Positions 9,258 through 19,363 of a stretch of 64,000 nt of DNA are shown here, piece after piece; the stretch's first letter is position 1; every line of letters begins with the position of its first letter. The stretch is taken from the IMG/VR virus record IMGVR_UViG_3300045988_170943, positions 32,001-96,000 of that record, one strand, 5' to 3'. Under the pieces are notes generated by a model. The model saw only the letters and a list, made by a program, of their open reading frames with translations. It ran no database searches and was not told where the DNA came from. The position numbers and the translations under genes are program-made. The stretch is from a virus.

Positions 9258-9890
9258 ATGTCTTGCACCACCGATTTCCTCGCTAAGAGGAACAAGAATT
9301 TCCGTGAGGTCATTGAGGCAGAGAGTTCTATTGAACTCATCTACGCTATGCAGGTGCTTCATCCCGCCCAGATGACTCAGGTGGCAGAGATGTCGCGCCT
9401 TGTTCACAAGGACTACACTGAGAAGGTCCGTAAGATTACGGGCGACTTCTCGTCGCTTGTGATTCGTGACACTGACGGAGAAAGTGACAGCGAGTACATT
9501 GTTGTTCGTTATGATGCCCTCTATGATGGTGGTCGCGGAAAGTGGAGCAAGGACAATCGTTTTGGCTACAAGGGAGGCGTGTCTACTGACACCCTGGACG
9601 CTCTTTGGCGTGCGTTTGAAGTCCTTGTAGATTGTCCTTATGACATGTACTACGAGAACAGGGAGGAGATTAAGGATTGCCTTGAGGAGGAGCACGCCCA
9701 GGCTGTTGTCCTCTCTAAGTTGCTGGGTACCGACAAGGCACTTGAAATGTTCTCCTTCTGCATTGAGTACGTAAATGGGTTCAAGATCGTTTCGACTGGC
9801 GGCATCTTTGATGGCAAGTTCGGAGTGATTGTCGTCAAAGATCACAAGGATCGGCGCTATCGTGTTGGCACTCGTGCAACCAGTAAGTAG
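9258..9890 (+). CDS. hypothetical protein
   Basis: SD gaacaaggagc before ATG 9258. Upstream AGTTCAC element at 9095. Terminator hairpin follows. Confidence 0.55.
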   Translation: MSCTTDFLAKRNKNFREVIEAESSIELIYAMQVLHPAQMTQVAEMSRLVHKDYTEKVRKITGDFSSLVIRDTDGESDSEYIVVRYDALYDGGRGKWSKDNRFGYKGGVSTDTLDALWRAFEVLVDCPYDMYYENREEIKDCLEEEHAQAVVLSKLLGTDKALEMFSFCIEYVNGFKIVSTGGIFDGKFGVIVVKDHKDRRYRVGTRATSK

Positions 9891-9928
9891 TGACTGATGC
9901 TCTGAAGTCATGTCATAATCGCTAGCTA

Positions 9929-9990
9929 CGGGTGAGCCCCATCTGCCTTATAGGAACTGTTGCCCACAGTTTTGGCAGATGGGGCTCACC
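9929..9990 (+). terminator. Long perfect hairpin (18 bp stem) downstream of 9258-9890
   Basis: gggtgagccccatctgcc ... ggcagatggggctcaccc. Confidence 0.5.
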
Positions 9991-10053
9991 CACGTTGTGT
10001 TAGGTAGGGGTTATTGCTGAGGCAAGAGCAACACATCTTTATAGTTGTGACCT

Positions 10054-10100
10054 ACTTCACTCACATCTGGGTTGCTTCCATCAAGGTTGGTGTGTATCGT
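10054..10100 (+). promoter_or_regulatory. Shared-type promoter ACTTCAC-N11-TTGCTT-N17-TATCGT
   Basis: Motif match upstream of 10160. Confidence 0.5.
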
Positions 10101-10159
10101 TGTATCCATCAAGGGGCGAGAGCAAAAGGCTTGAGCCAGAAGACACGAGGAGAACAGCA

Positions 10160-10534
10160 ATGAGTGATAGCACTGTGAAGAACGTTCGTGAGATTGAGAC
10201 CCGTCTCCTGGCTGGGACGATTGTTGAAACCCGTAAGGTCCTGAAGGTCGTTGACGGTGAGGTGCGTGAGTACACCACCATCCTCACTGAGAGCGATTTC
10301 GAGGAGTATGACCCCTATGATGAGGAGGCGTACTACCCGATTGGTGACACCTTCCCTGGTGCCATCGAGGGTGGTGAGAGACTTCTTGGCCACCAGCACG
10401 TCATCAAGACCTTCGTGGACGGTGACACCTGGGAGAGCACTTGGGGTTGCCACTTTGTCAGCGAGACTACTGGTGAGATTGTGGCGACCATGTACTGCCG
10501 AGGAGAGCACATGGGAACCTACTACGGGAAGTAA
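10160..10534 (+). CDS. hypothetical protein, family H (paralog of 12338-12694)
   Basis: SD cacgaggagaa. Shared blocks KVVDGEV[RK][ED]Y[TV]TI[LV]TE[SA]D and FPG...W...HWG..F with 12338-12694. Confidence 0.65.
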   Translation: MSDSTVKNVREIETRLLAGTIVETRKVLKVVDGEVREYTTILTESDFEEYDPYDEEAYYPIGDTFPGAIEGGERLLGHQHVIKTFVDGDTWESTWGCHFVSETTGEIVATMYCRGEHMGTYYGK

Positions 10535-10551
10535 GTTTCCGTCATCTGTAT

Positions 10552-10606
10552 GGGCTGAGGTCACGTCAGAACACACTCTCTGACGTGACCTCAGCCCGTT
10601 TTCGTG
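10552..10606 (+). terminator. Rho-independent terminator (19 bp stem + GTTTTCG)
   Basis: gggctgaggtcacgtcaga ... tctgacgtgacctcagccc then gttttcgtg. Confidence 0.65.
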
Positions 10607-10663
10607 TCTCTTCTACCGGCACTCTCCCATGTGCAGGTTTCCGCGCTCAAAGGGTTGCGACCT

Positions 10664-10710
10664 AGTTCACTTCTGTTCGGGTTGCAGGATGGGGTACAGG
10701 TGCGTATAGT
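10664..10710 (+). promoter_or_regulatory. Shared-type promoter AGTTCAC-N11-TTGCAG-N17-TATAGT
   Basis: Canonical instance of the recurrent motif. Confidence 0.55.
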
Positions 10711-10767
10711 TGTAGTCATCAAGGCCGGAGGAAACAGGTCCGACGGCAGTAGACAAAAGGAACGGTT

Positions 10768-11151
10768 GTGATGGCTCTCTCTCAGCAGGATAAGGACCAG
10801 ATGAAGCATGAGCGTATTCTCCGTGAGGTGACCGCGAAGGCCAAGGACGCTTTGGTTGGCAAGACCATTGAGCAGGTCAACGAGAATCGGTACATGAGCG
10901 CTGACGGAAGCGTGATCACCAAGGCCATCATCAATGCCCGCGGCAGTATCGCTAACGTTGTGATTGAGGGGGCTGATTTCAGTCAGAGAGGAATGGTGGG
11001 TGCCACTATCTCGGATGTTGACTTCGTTCCTCTTCACCATGTCGGCCCGATGGGTTGGTCCATCAAGATCTACTCTGGTGGTCGCCACTCCTACATGGTG
11101 GGGGAGATTTTTGGTGACACTGACCCGGCTGAGGCGGTTCAGGTCTACTGA
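10768..11151 (+). CDS. hypothetical protein
   Basis: 127 aa ORF, leader with aaaaggaacgg SD-like before ATG. Confidence 0.55.
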   Translation: MMALSQQDKDQMKHERILREVTAKAKDALVGKTIEQVNENRYMSADGSVITKAIINARGSIANVVIEGADFSQRGMVGATISDVDFVPLHHVGPMGWSIKIYSGGRHSYMVGEIFGDTDPAEAVQVY

Positions 11152-11162
11152 CGGCACCCCTT

Positions 11163-11216
11163 AACGACTGAGACCCAGGAGGTTTATTCTCTTCATGGGT
11201 CTCAGTCGTTTGCGTG
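11163..11216 (+). terminator. Rho-independent terminator (14 bp stem)
   Basis: aacgactgagaccc ... gggtctcagtcgtt then tgcgtg. Confidence 0.55.
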
Positions 11217-11339
11217 TCCTATGCTTTTACCTGACCATCACAGCCGACGTCTATCAGCAGAAGATAACGGTGACGATACTGCTGATAGACTCAAAGTGGA
11301 TAGGACTGCTGTAGGCAGCCCTATTGTTGAGTGTATTCC

Positions 11340-11387
11340 AGTTCACATCTAATGGAGTTGACTTCTTGCATCTCCATCACGTATGGT
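11340..11387 (+). promoter_or_regulatory. Shared-type promoter AGTTCAC-N11-TTGACT-N18-TATGGT
   Basis: Motif match upstream of 11418. Confidence 0.55.
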
Positions 11388-11417
11388 TAAGGGACGAAAG
11401 AAGAGGGGGGATCACCA

Positions 11418-11966
11418 ATGTTCGGTATTGAGAACGTCAAGGGCTTCATTAGCGACGCGGTAACGTGGGCTAGCACCCATGAGTATGCTGATGGTGGTGA
11501 CAACACCTATACCAGTACAGACGGTTACCTTAGTCTCACGATTAACCCTGGAGGAATCTCTGCCAGGGCTGTTCTCCCTGTCTTTTCTGACAATGGCAGG
11601 TGGGAGATGGCTTTTGTGGCGGAACGCGACACACTCACCCCGAAAGCGGTCAAGGAGGCTGTTCAGGAGGTAGCCACCGAGCATGATGTCATGTACCAGA
11701 TTGCGAGGTCTCTTGCCTCCTATGGGTGGTATGTAAGTGTTCTTCACACTGACGGAAAATCTCTTACTGCCAAGCGCTACGGGGGACACGACATCTGTGT
11801 ACACAATGACCTCATTGAACGTTCCGTCTACATCGGAGGGAATGGGCAGAGTATTGCCTTAATGCATTTGAGCAATGCCGGGCTATTGAAGACCAACAAC
11901 AATGCGTCTGAGCATCGCGGTCGCTATCGGATTGCTGACTGGCTGTTTAACGGTTACGATTTCTAG
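11418..11966 (+). CDS. hypothetical protein, GW family (with 17305, 21910, 29096)
   Basis: SD agaagagggggg. Shared central block ...[AS]L...GW.V... with three other ~170 aa ORFs. Confidence 0.6.
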   Translation: MFGIENVKGFISDAVTWASTHEYADGGDNTYTSTDGYLSLTINPGGISARAVLPVFSDNGRWEMAFVAERDTLTPKAVKEAVQEVATEHDVMYQIARSLASYGWYVSVLHTDGKSLTAKRYGGHDICVHNDLIERSVYIGGNGQSIALMHLSNAGLLKTNNNASEHRGRYRIADWLFNGYDF

Positions 11967-12232
11967 GTCATCGTATATCCTGATGTGCTGATTCAACCAC
12001 TAAAGAGCGCACACAAGGGGATTACGGTCAGAGTGCTTCCTAGATTCCAGTAGAGCCAGCAAAGTGACTGTACAAGCCCCCTGTGGTCTTCTGCGGCATG
12101 TTCCCACGCAACATGACCTGGGTTCTTGACTGTGGACGTTCTAGGAGTCCTAGGGGCCAGTGAGCATGAGATGCGTCAGAGGAGACAGGACGTCCCTTCT
12201 GACGCAACGTTTACACACTTGGATAGTGACCC

Positions 12233-12285
12233 AGTTCACGTAATGTGTGGTTGCGGCCAGCCTGATCTACATGTATCGTTATAGT
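12233..12285 (+). promoter_or_regulatory. Shared-type promoter AGTTCAC-N11-TTGCGG-N17-TATCGT(TATAGT)
   Basis: Motif match upstream of 12338. Confidence 0.55.
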
Positions 12286-12337
12286 CATCAAGGCGAGAGC
12301 AAAGGGCTCGGAGCCAAGATAGAACAAGGAGACTGCA

Positions 12338-12694
12338 ATGACTACAGCCGCTCACATCACCCGCACTGTTTACACTGAGGCCCTTGACGGTCAGACGATT
12401 GTTGAGGTCAGCACCACTCGCAAGATTGTTGACGGTGAGGTCAAAGACTATGTGACGATTGTCACCGAGGCGGACCTTGCAGACTGTGAGAATGGGGAGG
12501 ACCCACAGGGAATCACCTTCCCTGGTCGCTTCATCGACTTGGAAGCGGTCAACAAGATGGTCGGGTACCCTTTTGAGGTGTATATGTTCGAGGATGGTGA
12601 GGACTGGTCCGACCACTGGGGTGTTCGGTTCACGAACGGGTATAGGTACAAGGACCTTGTCCTGCACTGCCGTGGTGGTGAGCCCCTGTCCTGA
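12338..12694 (+). CDS. hypothetical protein, family H
   Basis: SD gaacaaggagac. Paralog of 10160-10534. Confidence 0.65.
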   Translation: MTTAAHITRTVYTEALDGQTIVEVSTTRKIVDGEVKDYVTIVTEADLADCENGEDPQGITFPGRFIDLEAVNKMVGYPFEVYMFEDGEDWSDHWGVRFTNGYRYKDLVLHCRGGEPLS

Positions 12695-12721
12695 ACGGAG
12701 ATCTAGCCACCCAAACTGATG

Positions 12722-12785
12722 GCGACTTTCATGCCTAGGGTAAGGGTGATGGCCCTAGGCATGAAAGTCGCGCTGTGCTTTTCTG
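12722..12785 (+). terminator. Rho-independent terminator (19 bp stem + TTTTC)
   Basis: gcgactttcatgcctaggg ... ccctaggcatgaaagtcgc then gctgtgcttttc. Confidence 0.65.
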
Positions 12786-12832
12786 GCAAAACAGAAGTAC
12801 AGATGGTGGAGAACCGAGACGGCGAAAGAGGA

Positions 12833-13252
12833 CTACTTGGTGCCTTCCGTCGTCTTGGTAGTCATTGCTGAGGCCAGGTTGCTGAGTACCTGTGCCGCAT
12901 CGTACTGGCTGTTTTCCTGAAGATGGCTCATGATCTCAATAGTGGTGGGGAGTGAGGTCACAATGACTTGGTACTCACGGCTGCTCACCTCGAAAACTAC
13001 GCCAGCGGTGAAACAGATAATGCCCTCCCCGTCGGTACGGCAACCAAGAATGGACACTAGGCCGTCAGATTCAACGATCATTCGAGTAACAGCGGGAATG
13101 CTGTTGCCCCGATAGTCATCCTCGTTTAGGTTTCGAAAGATGGCCTCCCCTAGAGCACTGTTGGCCCGGTTGAAGGTGTCCACTAGCCGCGCAGTCAGGA
13201 CGGCGTGGTCCTTGCTGAGGACGTCCCATGGGATGTTTGAGCGTGCGGACAT
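12833..13252 (-). CDS. hypothetical protein immediately downstream of IS copy 1 right end
   Basis: 139 aa ORF with SD cgaggagatagcc before ATG. Confidence 0.5.
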   Translation of the reverse strand: MSARSNIPWDVLSKDHAVLTARLVDTFNRANSALGEAIFRNLNEDDYRGNSIPAVTRMIVESDGLVSILGCRTDGEGIICFTAGVVFEVSSREYQVIVTSLPTTIEIMSHLQENSQYDAAQVLSNLASAMTTKTTEGTK

Positions 13253-13324
13253 GGGCTATCTCCTCGAAGTGCTGGGGTGTCGTTTACTTGCACTAGGCTA
13301 CTCGCCATCTACTGTTCCTGTCAA

Positions 13325-13500
13325 TCATGATTCGAGCGAAGTAAGCGTATGACTATTCCTTGAGATAAACCGTATCTATTGTATTCCCAATAGGTAGGTC
13401 CCTTGTCGGAATTGTCGTGCCGCTGGTTGTCTGAAACCACTCCAGGTGGTCCACCGCAGAAACCCTAGACTCTGCGGGGCACATCCCTTTACTCACCTCC
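13325..13500 (-). ncRNA. Putative omega-RNA (reRNA) of TnpB copy 1: conserved scaffold overlapping the tnpB 3' end, plus a copy-specific 3' segment
   Basis: Nucleotide conservation among the three copies runs through the tnpB C-terminal coding region to about 9 nt past the stop, then diverges. This matches the known IS605 omega-RNA layout. Confidence 0.4.
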
Positions 13501-14925
13501 TTGGAAGGTGCAGCAGGAACGTCAGTTTTTGGTTTGTTCTGTGGCGCCTTTGGTGTGGGCCGGTTCTTCGTGCCAGGATGCTTGAGCGGTTTTACATGGC
13601 ACTTGGAGCGGCGGACACGCTTGGTCTTTGTAGCGTGCCGCTTCCGTGTCTGGCACGCCTTAGCGTGATTCACCTTCTGAGCGATGTTCGCCGCCGCATT
13701 AATGTCCCGATGGTGTGTAACACCACAGGTAGTGCAGTGTGGCTGGGAGTAGTTCTGCATGTCTAGATTCGACTGGCAGGCGTGGCACTTTCTGGACGTA
13801 TAGGCCGCATTGACTTTGAGGACCCTGCCGCCGTCGGCCTCAATCATGTCACGGGTACGTCTGTACACCTCGCCACGGAACCACCTACCGAACTTCATGG
13901 TGTTCTTGATATGGGATAGGTCCTCAAACACCACCAGAGCATTGTCATACTTCCAGGCCGCGTCAGCAACCTCCTGAGCAATGAGGATACTCAGTTCCTT
14001 ACGACGATTCGATAGATGCTCTCTGTGAGAAACCGCCTCCTTGTCCTTGCCTTTTCTCTTCAGGGAAGCGACCTGTCTGGCTCCACGTTTGATCTTGTTG
14101 CTCAGCGACCTCGAACGCTGGCCTAAAAGAGATCTCTCAACGACCTGTTTCTTCTCAGTGTCCCAGACGACGTAAGCGGCCGGATTGGCGACTCCGACGT
14201 CCACACCAATGACGTACCTGGAAGAGAACTCGGGGCGGCCAGGATCCGTCGTGCCATGGAACCCGAACATGACCCTGTTGTTCTTGTCAACCCAGACGTC
14301 TGGTACACCAGGCTCACAGCCCGGCTCTAGTAGTTGAGGTGGCGTCGGGAAGTGCAGTGTCACCCACTGACCCTGGACAACCATGTCAAGAGAAATACGT
14401 TCTGGTGTGACACTGAAGTTCTTGTGGTAGCCCTTGTCTGTAGCGGACAGGGCCAGACGAGGCTGTAGGGCCCTGGGTTTAGAGTCTTTGACGGTCCTTC
14501 TCCACCCAGCCGAGACGTAACCAGTGTAGTTCCCGGAAGCAACTCCTGCTCTGGTGGTCCAGGATCTTAGATTGACAACTACTTGCTCTCTGAACATACG
14601 TTCCAATCTGGAACTACCGCTTCTGAGCCGCTTCTTCACCTCACTGGGGAGAAACAGACCCATTCTCCGACCTGCCTCAGCGGGTTTGTATCTGTCGAAG
14701 TAGGTCACCAGAGCGAGGTTCTGCTCAGTCAACTCCCGTAAGGCATAGTGAGCAGATAACTCTGCATCCTTCCTGATACCGTCCAGGACTTCATCAAGAT
14801 CCAGAGGATCACCACTCTTGCTGAATGCAGCGTACGGCACCCTTGGGTATGTGCGAGACACAACAGTCTTAGACGGCATCCGGTGAGCCTCCTCTCAAAG
14901 AAGTCGTACGTGTGTATCCTAACAC
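13344..14925 (-). mobile_element. IS605-family (IS1341-like, tnpB-only) insertion sequence, copy 1
   Basis: One of three near-identical tnpB units. Ends estimated from where the three copies stop aligning (about 45 nt upstream of start, about 9 nt past stop). Confidence 0.6.
13353..14879 (-). CDS. tnpB: TnpB-like RNA-guided endonuclease (RuvC-like plus zinc finger, OrfB_IS605 type), 508 aa, ATG start
   Basis: RuvC-I IGVDVGVANPAAYVVWD, RuvC-II ALVVFEDLSHIKN, CxxC...CxxC zinc finger (CHACQ ... CTTCG), RuvC-III HHRDINAAANIA. Long basic C-terminal tail. Confidence 0.85.
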   Translation of the reverse strand: MPSKTVVSRTYPRVPYAAFSKSGDPLDLDEVLDGIRKDAELSAHYALRELTEQNLALVTYFDRYKPAEAGRRMGLFLPSEVKKRLRSGSSRLERMFREQVVVNLRSWTTRAGVASGNYTGYVSAGWRRTVKDSKPRALQPRLALSATDKGYHKNFSVTPERISLDMVVQGQWVTLHFPTPPQLLEPGCEPGVPDVWVDKNNRVMFGFHGTTDPGRPEFSSRYVIGVDVGVANPAAYVVWDTEKKQVVERSLLGQRSRSLSNKIKRGARQVASLKRKGKDKEAVSHREHLSNRRKELSILIAQEVADAAWKYDNALVVFEDLSHIKNTMKFGRWFRGEVYRRTRDMIEADGGRVLKVNAAYTSRKCHACQSNLDMQNYSQPHCTTCGVTHHRDINAAANIAQKVNHAKACQTRKRHATKTKRVRRSKCHVKPLKHPGTKNRPTPKAPQNKPKTDVPAAPSKEVSKGMCPAESRVSAVDHLEWFQTTSGTTIPTRDLPIGNTIDTVYLKE

Positions 14926-15166
14926 AGGATCAGTGAAGTATGCCAGTACATACCAAGACAGGGAAACAATGTCAGGCTACAGTAGAACAGCCACAACTCT
15001 CTTAGTGCAGGCGATAACGGCAGGGACCACTGTGGCCCGCCTCACTTTACCCCCATAGTGTGGGCGTTGACTTCCTGGCTGCCCTTGTAGTAGGCTGGTT
15101 CCAGCAGAGCAGCCCTGCATTTGGTAGGGTCACACGAGCAGGAAGGCTAGGGGCGCAAGTGGCTAA

Positions 15167-16103
15167 CAATGATGATGACATGACTCCTGAGGGGTTTATT
15201 CACCGACTCCAGGAAGAGGTCATTTCTCAACGTGACTGGATCGCCTGGGACATGGGGTGCAGCCCGAATGGCTCCCGCTACCTCAGTGTTGGTGAGGGGG
15301 ACCTGGCGACCATTTATGCGGACTGGGGTGAACGCGACAGTGACGAGGATCCCGAGGAGGTGGAGTGGGCTGTGTATAACCGTCACGGGGAGTGCGTGCT
15401 TGAGAAGTACTTCTTGGATGAGGGCACGAGTATGGATGTCTCTGAAGTCGCCAGTGAAATGATTTTCATGGCTCGTGAGCAGAGTGAGTCACTTGACCTG
15501 TGCTGCCGAGTTGAGGACGCTGTGGCTGACGTGGAGGTGCGAACTTTCTCCACCAGTAATGGGCGCATGGTTTTCCTGAAAGACTCCGAGACTCTTGAAG
15601 GGTGCACCATCAGTGCAACGTTCGAGTTCACTGAGTCTGAGGGCGGGCTGATTACTGGCGGGACGTTCTCGTTCAGTGGCGACGGTTTCACTGACATACT
15701 GAACGCCGAGGTGGACGTGACTGAATGGCCAGTTAACAGCCTGGTTGATAGCCTGTTCGTCCCGGTCCTGTCACAGAGGGAGAACTGGATCGGTAGCCTT
15801 TTTGCCCCCTGGAGCCCGCTGGCTCTTCCCCCGGGTTGCAGCAACATTATCGAGTGCTTTGCCTCCCAGGAACAGGTGGACTACTACAGGGACGACTGGA
15901 ACATGCGTTGCGGTGTACGCAGTGTGGGAGACGGGGGTTACGCTGAGATTGAGTACACTCCTAATGGGGTTCAGGTCACTTGCGACAGTGAGGAAGGCGA
16001 GGGGCACGACTTTGTGCTGTTTGACAGTCATCGTGACGCCGCAGAGCATGCCCTAGAGAAGGCCTGGAAGCACTGGGTTGAGAAGAACTCAAAGTCAGAG
16101 TAA
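15167..16103 (+). CDS. hypothetical acidic protein
   Basis: Large ORF. TTGACT-N18-TAGGCT promoter at about 15076-15106. Start chosen at the first ATG after the predicted TSS. Confidence 0.5.
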
Positions 16104-16125
16104 CAAGATAGGGGCGTGATGCTAT

Positions 16126-16626
16126 ATGGGTAGGTTTGCTGTAGTGCTGCCGTTGGCGATCAGTGGCGGCGAGGAGCATTCCGGGGTCAACTATCCTTTT
16201 GTAGTTACTATTCTAGGCATGGTTGCCATCATGGCTTTAGCGATTGTGCTATCGCGTGTGGACCGCTCCCCAGAGTATATCCTTTTAGGGGTAGTGGGTT
16301 GTGCCTTTGTGTTCATTTTTTCTTTTTGCGTCTCCCCTTCAGTGGGATATACGGTATGGACTAGTCACAGCCCCTACAAGATAACAAGCACGTTGACGAA
16401 GGTGGAAGAGAGCAGCGATCGCCCAGGTCAGTCAGATGTGACCCTCAGTGAAGAGGGGAAGGTCAGAGTCAACGAGCGCGTGAGTAACCTTACAAATCTC
16501 GTGGGGAAGGAAGTCGTTCTCAAGTGCGACTACGACAAGATGCCAGAGAAGAAGATCACCACTGAGACCGAGTGTGATCTCAGTGGTTTCGGGACTGCCC
16601 CTAAGCCACCCTCTGTGTCGAACTAG
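16126..16626 (+). CDS. small membrane protein, family F
   Basis: Two TM helices, then a C-terminal domain ending ...LKCDYDKMPEKKIT...GTAPKPPSVSN. Near-identical tail in 40207-40692. Confidence 0.65.
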   Translation: MGRFAVVLPLAISGGEEHSGVNYPFVVTILGMVAIMALAIVLSRVDRSPEYILLGVVGCAFVFIFSFCVSPSVGYTVWTSHSPYKITSTLTKVEESSDRPGQSDVTLSEEGKVRVNERVSNLTNLVGKEVVLKCDYDKMPEKKITTETECDLSGFGTAPKPPSVSN

Positions 16627-16661
16627 AACACCTCTTCACCTATCTTCTGGCAGTGTGTCAT

Positions 16662-16709
16662 GGTTCACACATTCCTGGGTTGCGGCACCTAGATGGCTTG
16701 CCCTATGCT
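16662..16709 (+). promoter_or_regulatory. Shared-type promoter GGTTCAC-N11-TTGCGG-N18-TATGCT
   Basis: Motif match upstream of 16787. Confidence 0.5.
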
Positions 16710-16786
16710 TAGGGGTGTCAACAGGAAGCATCCACCCCGGACGGACTCTAAGAGACCCGTCTACTATGCACCCAAGGAGAGATCTC

Positions 16787-17137
16787 ATGACTAACTTGAC
16801 CCCCGTCTCAGCAAACAACGCCATTGAACTGGCCGTTCGCGTTGGGCGCATCATCTCGGACTGCATGCCTGGGGCGACTCTCACCTACACCAGGGACCTG
16901 GACGCGAAGCCGGGTATGGATGCAGGAGGCGTTATCGCCGACTCAGGCAACTATGTCATCAATGTCGCCATTATGGGGCAGGACGGGGTTCACAATGGGA
17001 TGTTTGAGATCCATTACGGCAGCAAAGAGTTCAAGGTTCAGGGCTTCCTGTTCGATTGGATGACGAATGACATGATTCGTGAGACCATTGTTGACACCAG
17101 TATGGAGGCATTCAAGAAGTACTGCTCCAACAACTAA
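16787..17137 (+). CDS. hypothetical protein, family C
   Basis: SD ccaaggagagatctc before ATG 16787. Paralog of 1631-1954. Confidence 0.6.
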   Translation: MTNLTPVSANNAIELAVRVGRIISDCMPGATLTYTRDLDAKPGMDAGGVIADSGNYVINVAIMGQDGVHNGMFEIHYGSKEFKVQGFLFDWMTNDMIRETIVDTSMEAFKKYCSNN

Positions 17138-17201
17138 GCCACATCATCTTTCTCTTGGGCTTCCTCTCGCTAAGGGGTGGCCCAAGATCATTTTGTGGGC
17201 C

Positions 17202-17249
17202 AGTTCACACAACAGGCGGTTGCTCAGCGTCCCGTCCGTGGTGTATAGT
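17202..17249 (+). promoter_or_regulatory. Shared-type promoter AGTTCAC-N11-TTGCTC-N18-TATAGT
   Basis: Motif match upstream of 17305. Confidence 0.55.
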
Positions 17250-17304
17250 ATTAGCCATCAGGAGGAAAACAACGGGTTACCTCCACTGAACATCGGGAGC
17301 AAAA

Positions 17305-17811
17305 ATGTCCTACCTTGCGGACAACATGATTAAGGTCGCCGGTCGCTACGGCTTCGCTGGCAGCATCCAGGAGGACGACAACGTTGTCACTTTCACCAGT
17401 GACGACAAGAGCCTTCAGATCATCGGCAGGCATGAGATTGAGGTCACCTTGTCTATGACGGTCAACGGGCAACCTTTCAATCTGGAGGACGGCGCTGGTA
17501 ATTTCGCTGAGCACTCTATCGAGATGGCGGTCAGTCGTCTACTGGAGGGCCGCAAGGCCATGGAGGACTGCGTTAACGCCCTGAATGACGCTGGCTGGAA
17601 CGTAGAGGTCGTCAAGACAGACTACTCCAGAGGCTATGTGCGCATGACTAAGGGGAACAAGAAGGCCTATATGCAGCCTCCGTCTGGCAGTAGTGTCACC
17701 ATTAATGGCGATAACCGGAGGACTGCGGCCAAGGATCTGTATAACGTCGGCTTTCTTAGCAGCCACAAGCAGATTCCTGGGTGCAGTGGGGTCTACCCTA
17801 TTGCAAAGTGA
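17305..17811 (+). CDS. hypothetical protein, GW family
   Basis: Closest to 29096-29605 (CVNALNDAGWNVEV vs CVSALEGAGWSVTK; INGDNRRTAAKDLYN vs INGKSRRSAAKILHD). Confidence 0.65.
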   Translation: MSYLADNMIKVAGRYGFAGSIQEDDNVVTFTSDDKSLQIIGRHEIEVTLSMTVNGQPFNLEDGAGNFAEHSIEMAVSRLLEGRKAMEDCVNALNDAGWNVEVVKTDYSRGYVRMTKGNKKAYMQPPSGSSVTINGDNRRTAAKDLYNVGFLSSHKQIPGCSGVYPIAK

Positions 17812-18018
17812 TTGGCCCTCCCACATAATCAGGGGACGCCAATAACCTCGTAAGAAGGGCATGGGCTGCGCTTTCCGTCAGTAGAGGGTGTGGCCCATGC
17901 TGCAAATGAGTATGTTGTTTGCTTGGTCTTGCAGTAGAGGTCGTGCTACAATCGGCTGCAAAGTCCAACAGAGGTTGTAGCGAATCAGCACAACAGGCAA
18001 TAGAAGGAGGCGATTCGG

Positions 18019-18594
18019 ATGAGCGCTCGTGAGATGTTCTCCACGCTGGACACTACTCTGACGATGGCTTCAGGGGTTGAGGCGAGGTCGCAGACAGTTA
18101 CCACGCACAGGTCCACTACAGATATAGACGCTTTACTGCCAACACAGGATCACATCAGCATTGAGGCAATCTGCTACCAGGACGCTGGCGGCGACTCGTG
18201 GCGTTCTATCCTGCTGACAGCCATGTACAAGTATAAGAAGATCCTATCATATTCTCTACTGCCGTCCTCAATGTTCCCTGAGGGCTCTGGTGGCGGAGTG
18301 GCAGACGAAGAGGTTCCTTCCAGTGTTCACAGGTTTATCAGGCAGGCAAGAGTCATCGCCCGGCTACTGCATTATATTCCGGGGGCAAAGTCTGCTGACA
18401 ACACTGTTGAGGTCACGTTCAGTAGCGGCAGACATGAGTTCGTGGAGGTCTCTGAGGACGCGAACAATCCTGACACTGTGCTGGTGAGTGTCTGGCCTCA
18501 GAAGGGGGTTCGTGAGATGGTCGCCGAGTTGCGTGAGCCGTTCAAGGGTCTCATTGTCCGCAACTATGATGACGGGTTCTCAGTAGTTCTGTAG
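18019..18594 (+). CDS. hypothetical protein
   Basis: Strong SD aaggagg before ATG, 191 aa. Confidence 0.55.
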   Translation: MSAREMFSTLDTTLTMASGVEARSQTVTTHRSTTDIDALLPTQDHISIEAICYQDAGGDSWRSILLTAMYKYKKILSYSLLPSSMFPEGSGGGVADEEVPSSVHRFIRQARVIARLLHYIPGAKSADNTVEVTFSSGRHEFVEVSEDANNPDTVLVSVWPQKGVREMVAELREPFKGLIVRNYDDGFSVVL

Positions 18595-18882
18595 GCAGAA
18601 ACTCGGGATAGAGGGACACCATTCAGTGCCGAAAATCCCTATCCACTAGAACCTCAAAAGATAAGGAAAACGAGAGGAAACGGCTGTGGAGAACATCACC
18701 ACTTACACCATCTACATCGAAACTGCTCTCCCCTTCAACGGGATGAAGACCCTGGAGAAGCGGATCAAGAGGTTCCTCAAAGAGGTTGGGCTTGATTTCC
18801 GCACCGATTTCGGTAACTCTCAGGACACTGGCAACTACAATGCTTTATTCGAGTAGAAGAGAAAGCTCCAGAAGACGAGCAG

Positions 18883-19188
18883 ATGGCGAAGTGGCTTATC
18901 AGTGGTGAGTCAGTCGTTCACAAGACGGTTATTCCTTTCTTCGAAGGCAATGAAGGTGTCATCAACTGCGAGGATAACTGCGTCCAGTTCGCTGCATCAC
19001 AGATCATTGATTACGACAGCACCGAGTTCTTCTCTCGCTCCCAGACGACACGGTACAAGCGGCACAAGGATACAGGAGAATTGAGGCAGGAGCGCACGGT
19101 CGTCAATGACACAAGTGTTAGATGGTATTCCACCGCTGTGCCCGCCTTGCTTTCACGTATATCTAGTGGTGTTTCTGGGGGCGCCTAA
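18883..19188 (+). CDS. hypothetical protein
   Basis: 101 aa ORF; weaker translation signals. Confidence 0.35.
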   Translation: MAKWLISGESVVHKTVIPFFEGNEGVINCEDNCVQFAASQIIDYDSTEFFSRSQTTRYKRHKDTGELRQERTVVNDTSVRWYSTAVPALLSRISSGVSGGA

Positions 19189-19258
19189 ACGCCCTCATAA
19201 GGGAGTCCTGTGACCTATGGTTGTTGCCCCTCCCCCGAAGAATGTGCGCGTGTGCCCC

Positions 19259-19307
19259 AGTTCACATAGCACTGGGGTTGCGGTCACCGGCCCTAGTGCT
19301 CTATGCT
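19259..19307 (+). promoter_or_regulatory. Shared-type promoter AGTTCAC-N12-TTGCGG-N18-TATGCT
   Basis: Motif match upstream of 19364. Confidence 0.5.
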
Positions 19308-19363
19308 GGTGCCACAAGCCAAGGACAACAGGTCTGAGGCGGCAGCCGGAAGGAAACCTCACC

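Noticed and set aside
9165-9911. 248 aa minus-strand ORF
   Set aside because: Antisense to 9258-9890, which has the SD, the upstream AGTTCAC element and the downstream terminator. No start signals on the minus strand.
10109-10576. 155 aa minus-strand ORF
   Set aside because: Antisense to family H gene 10160-10534.
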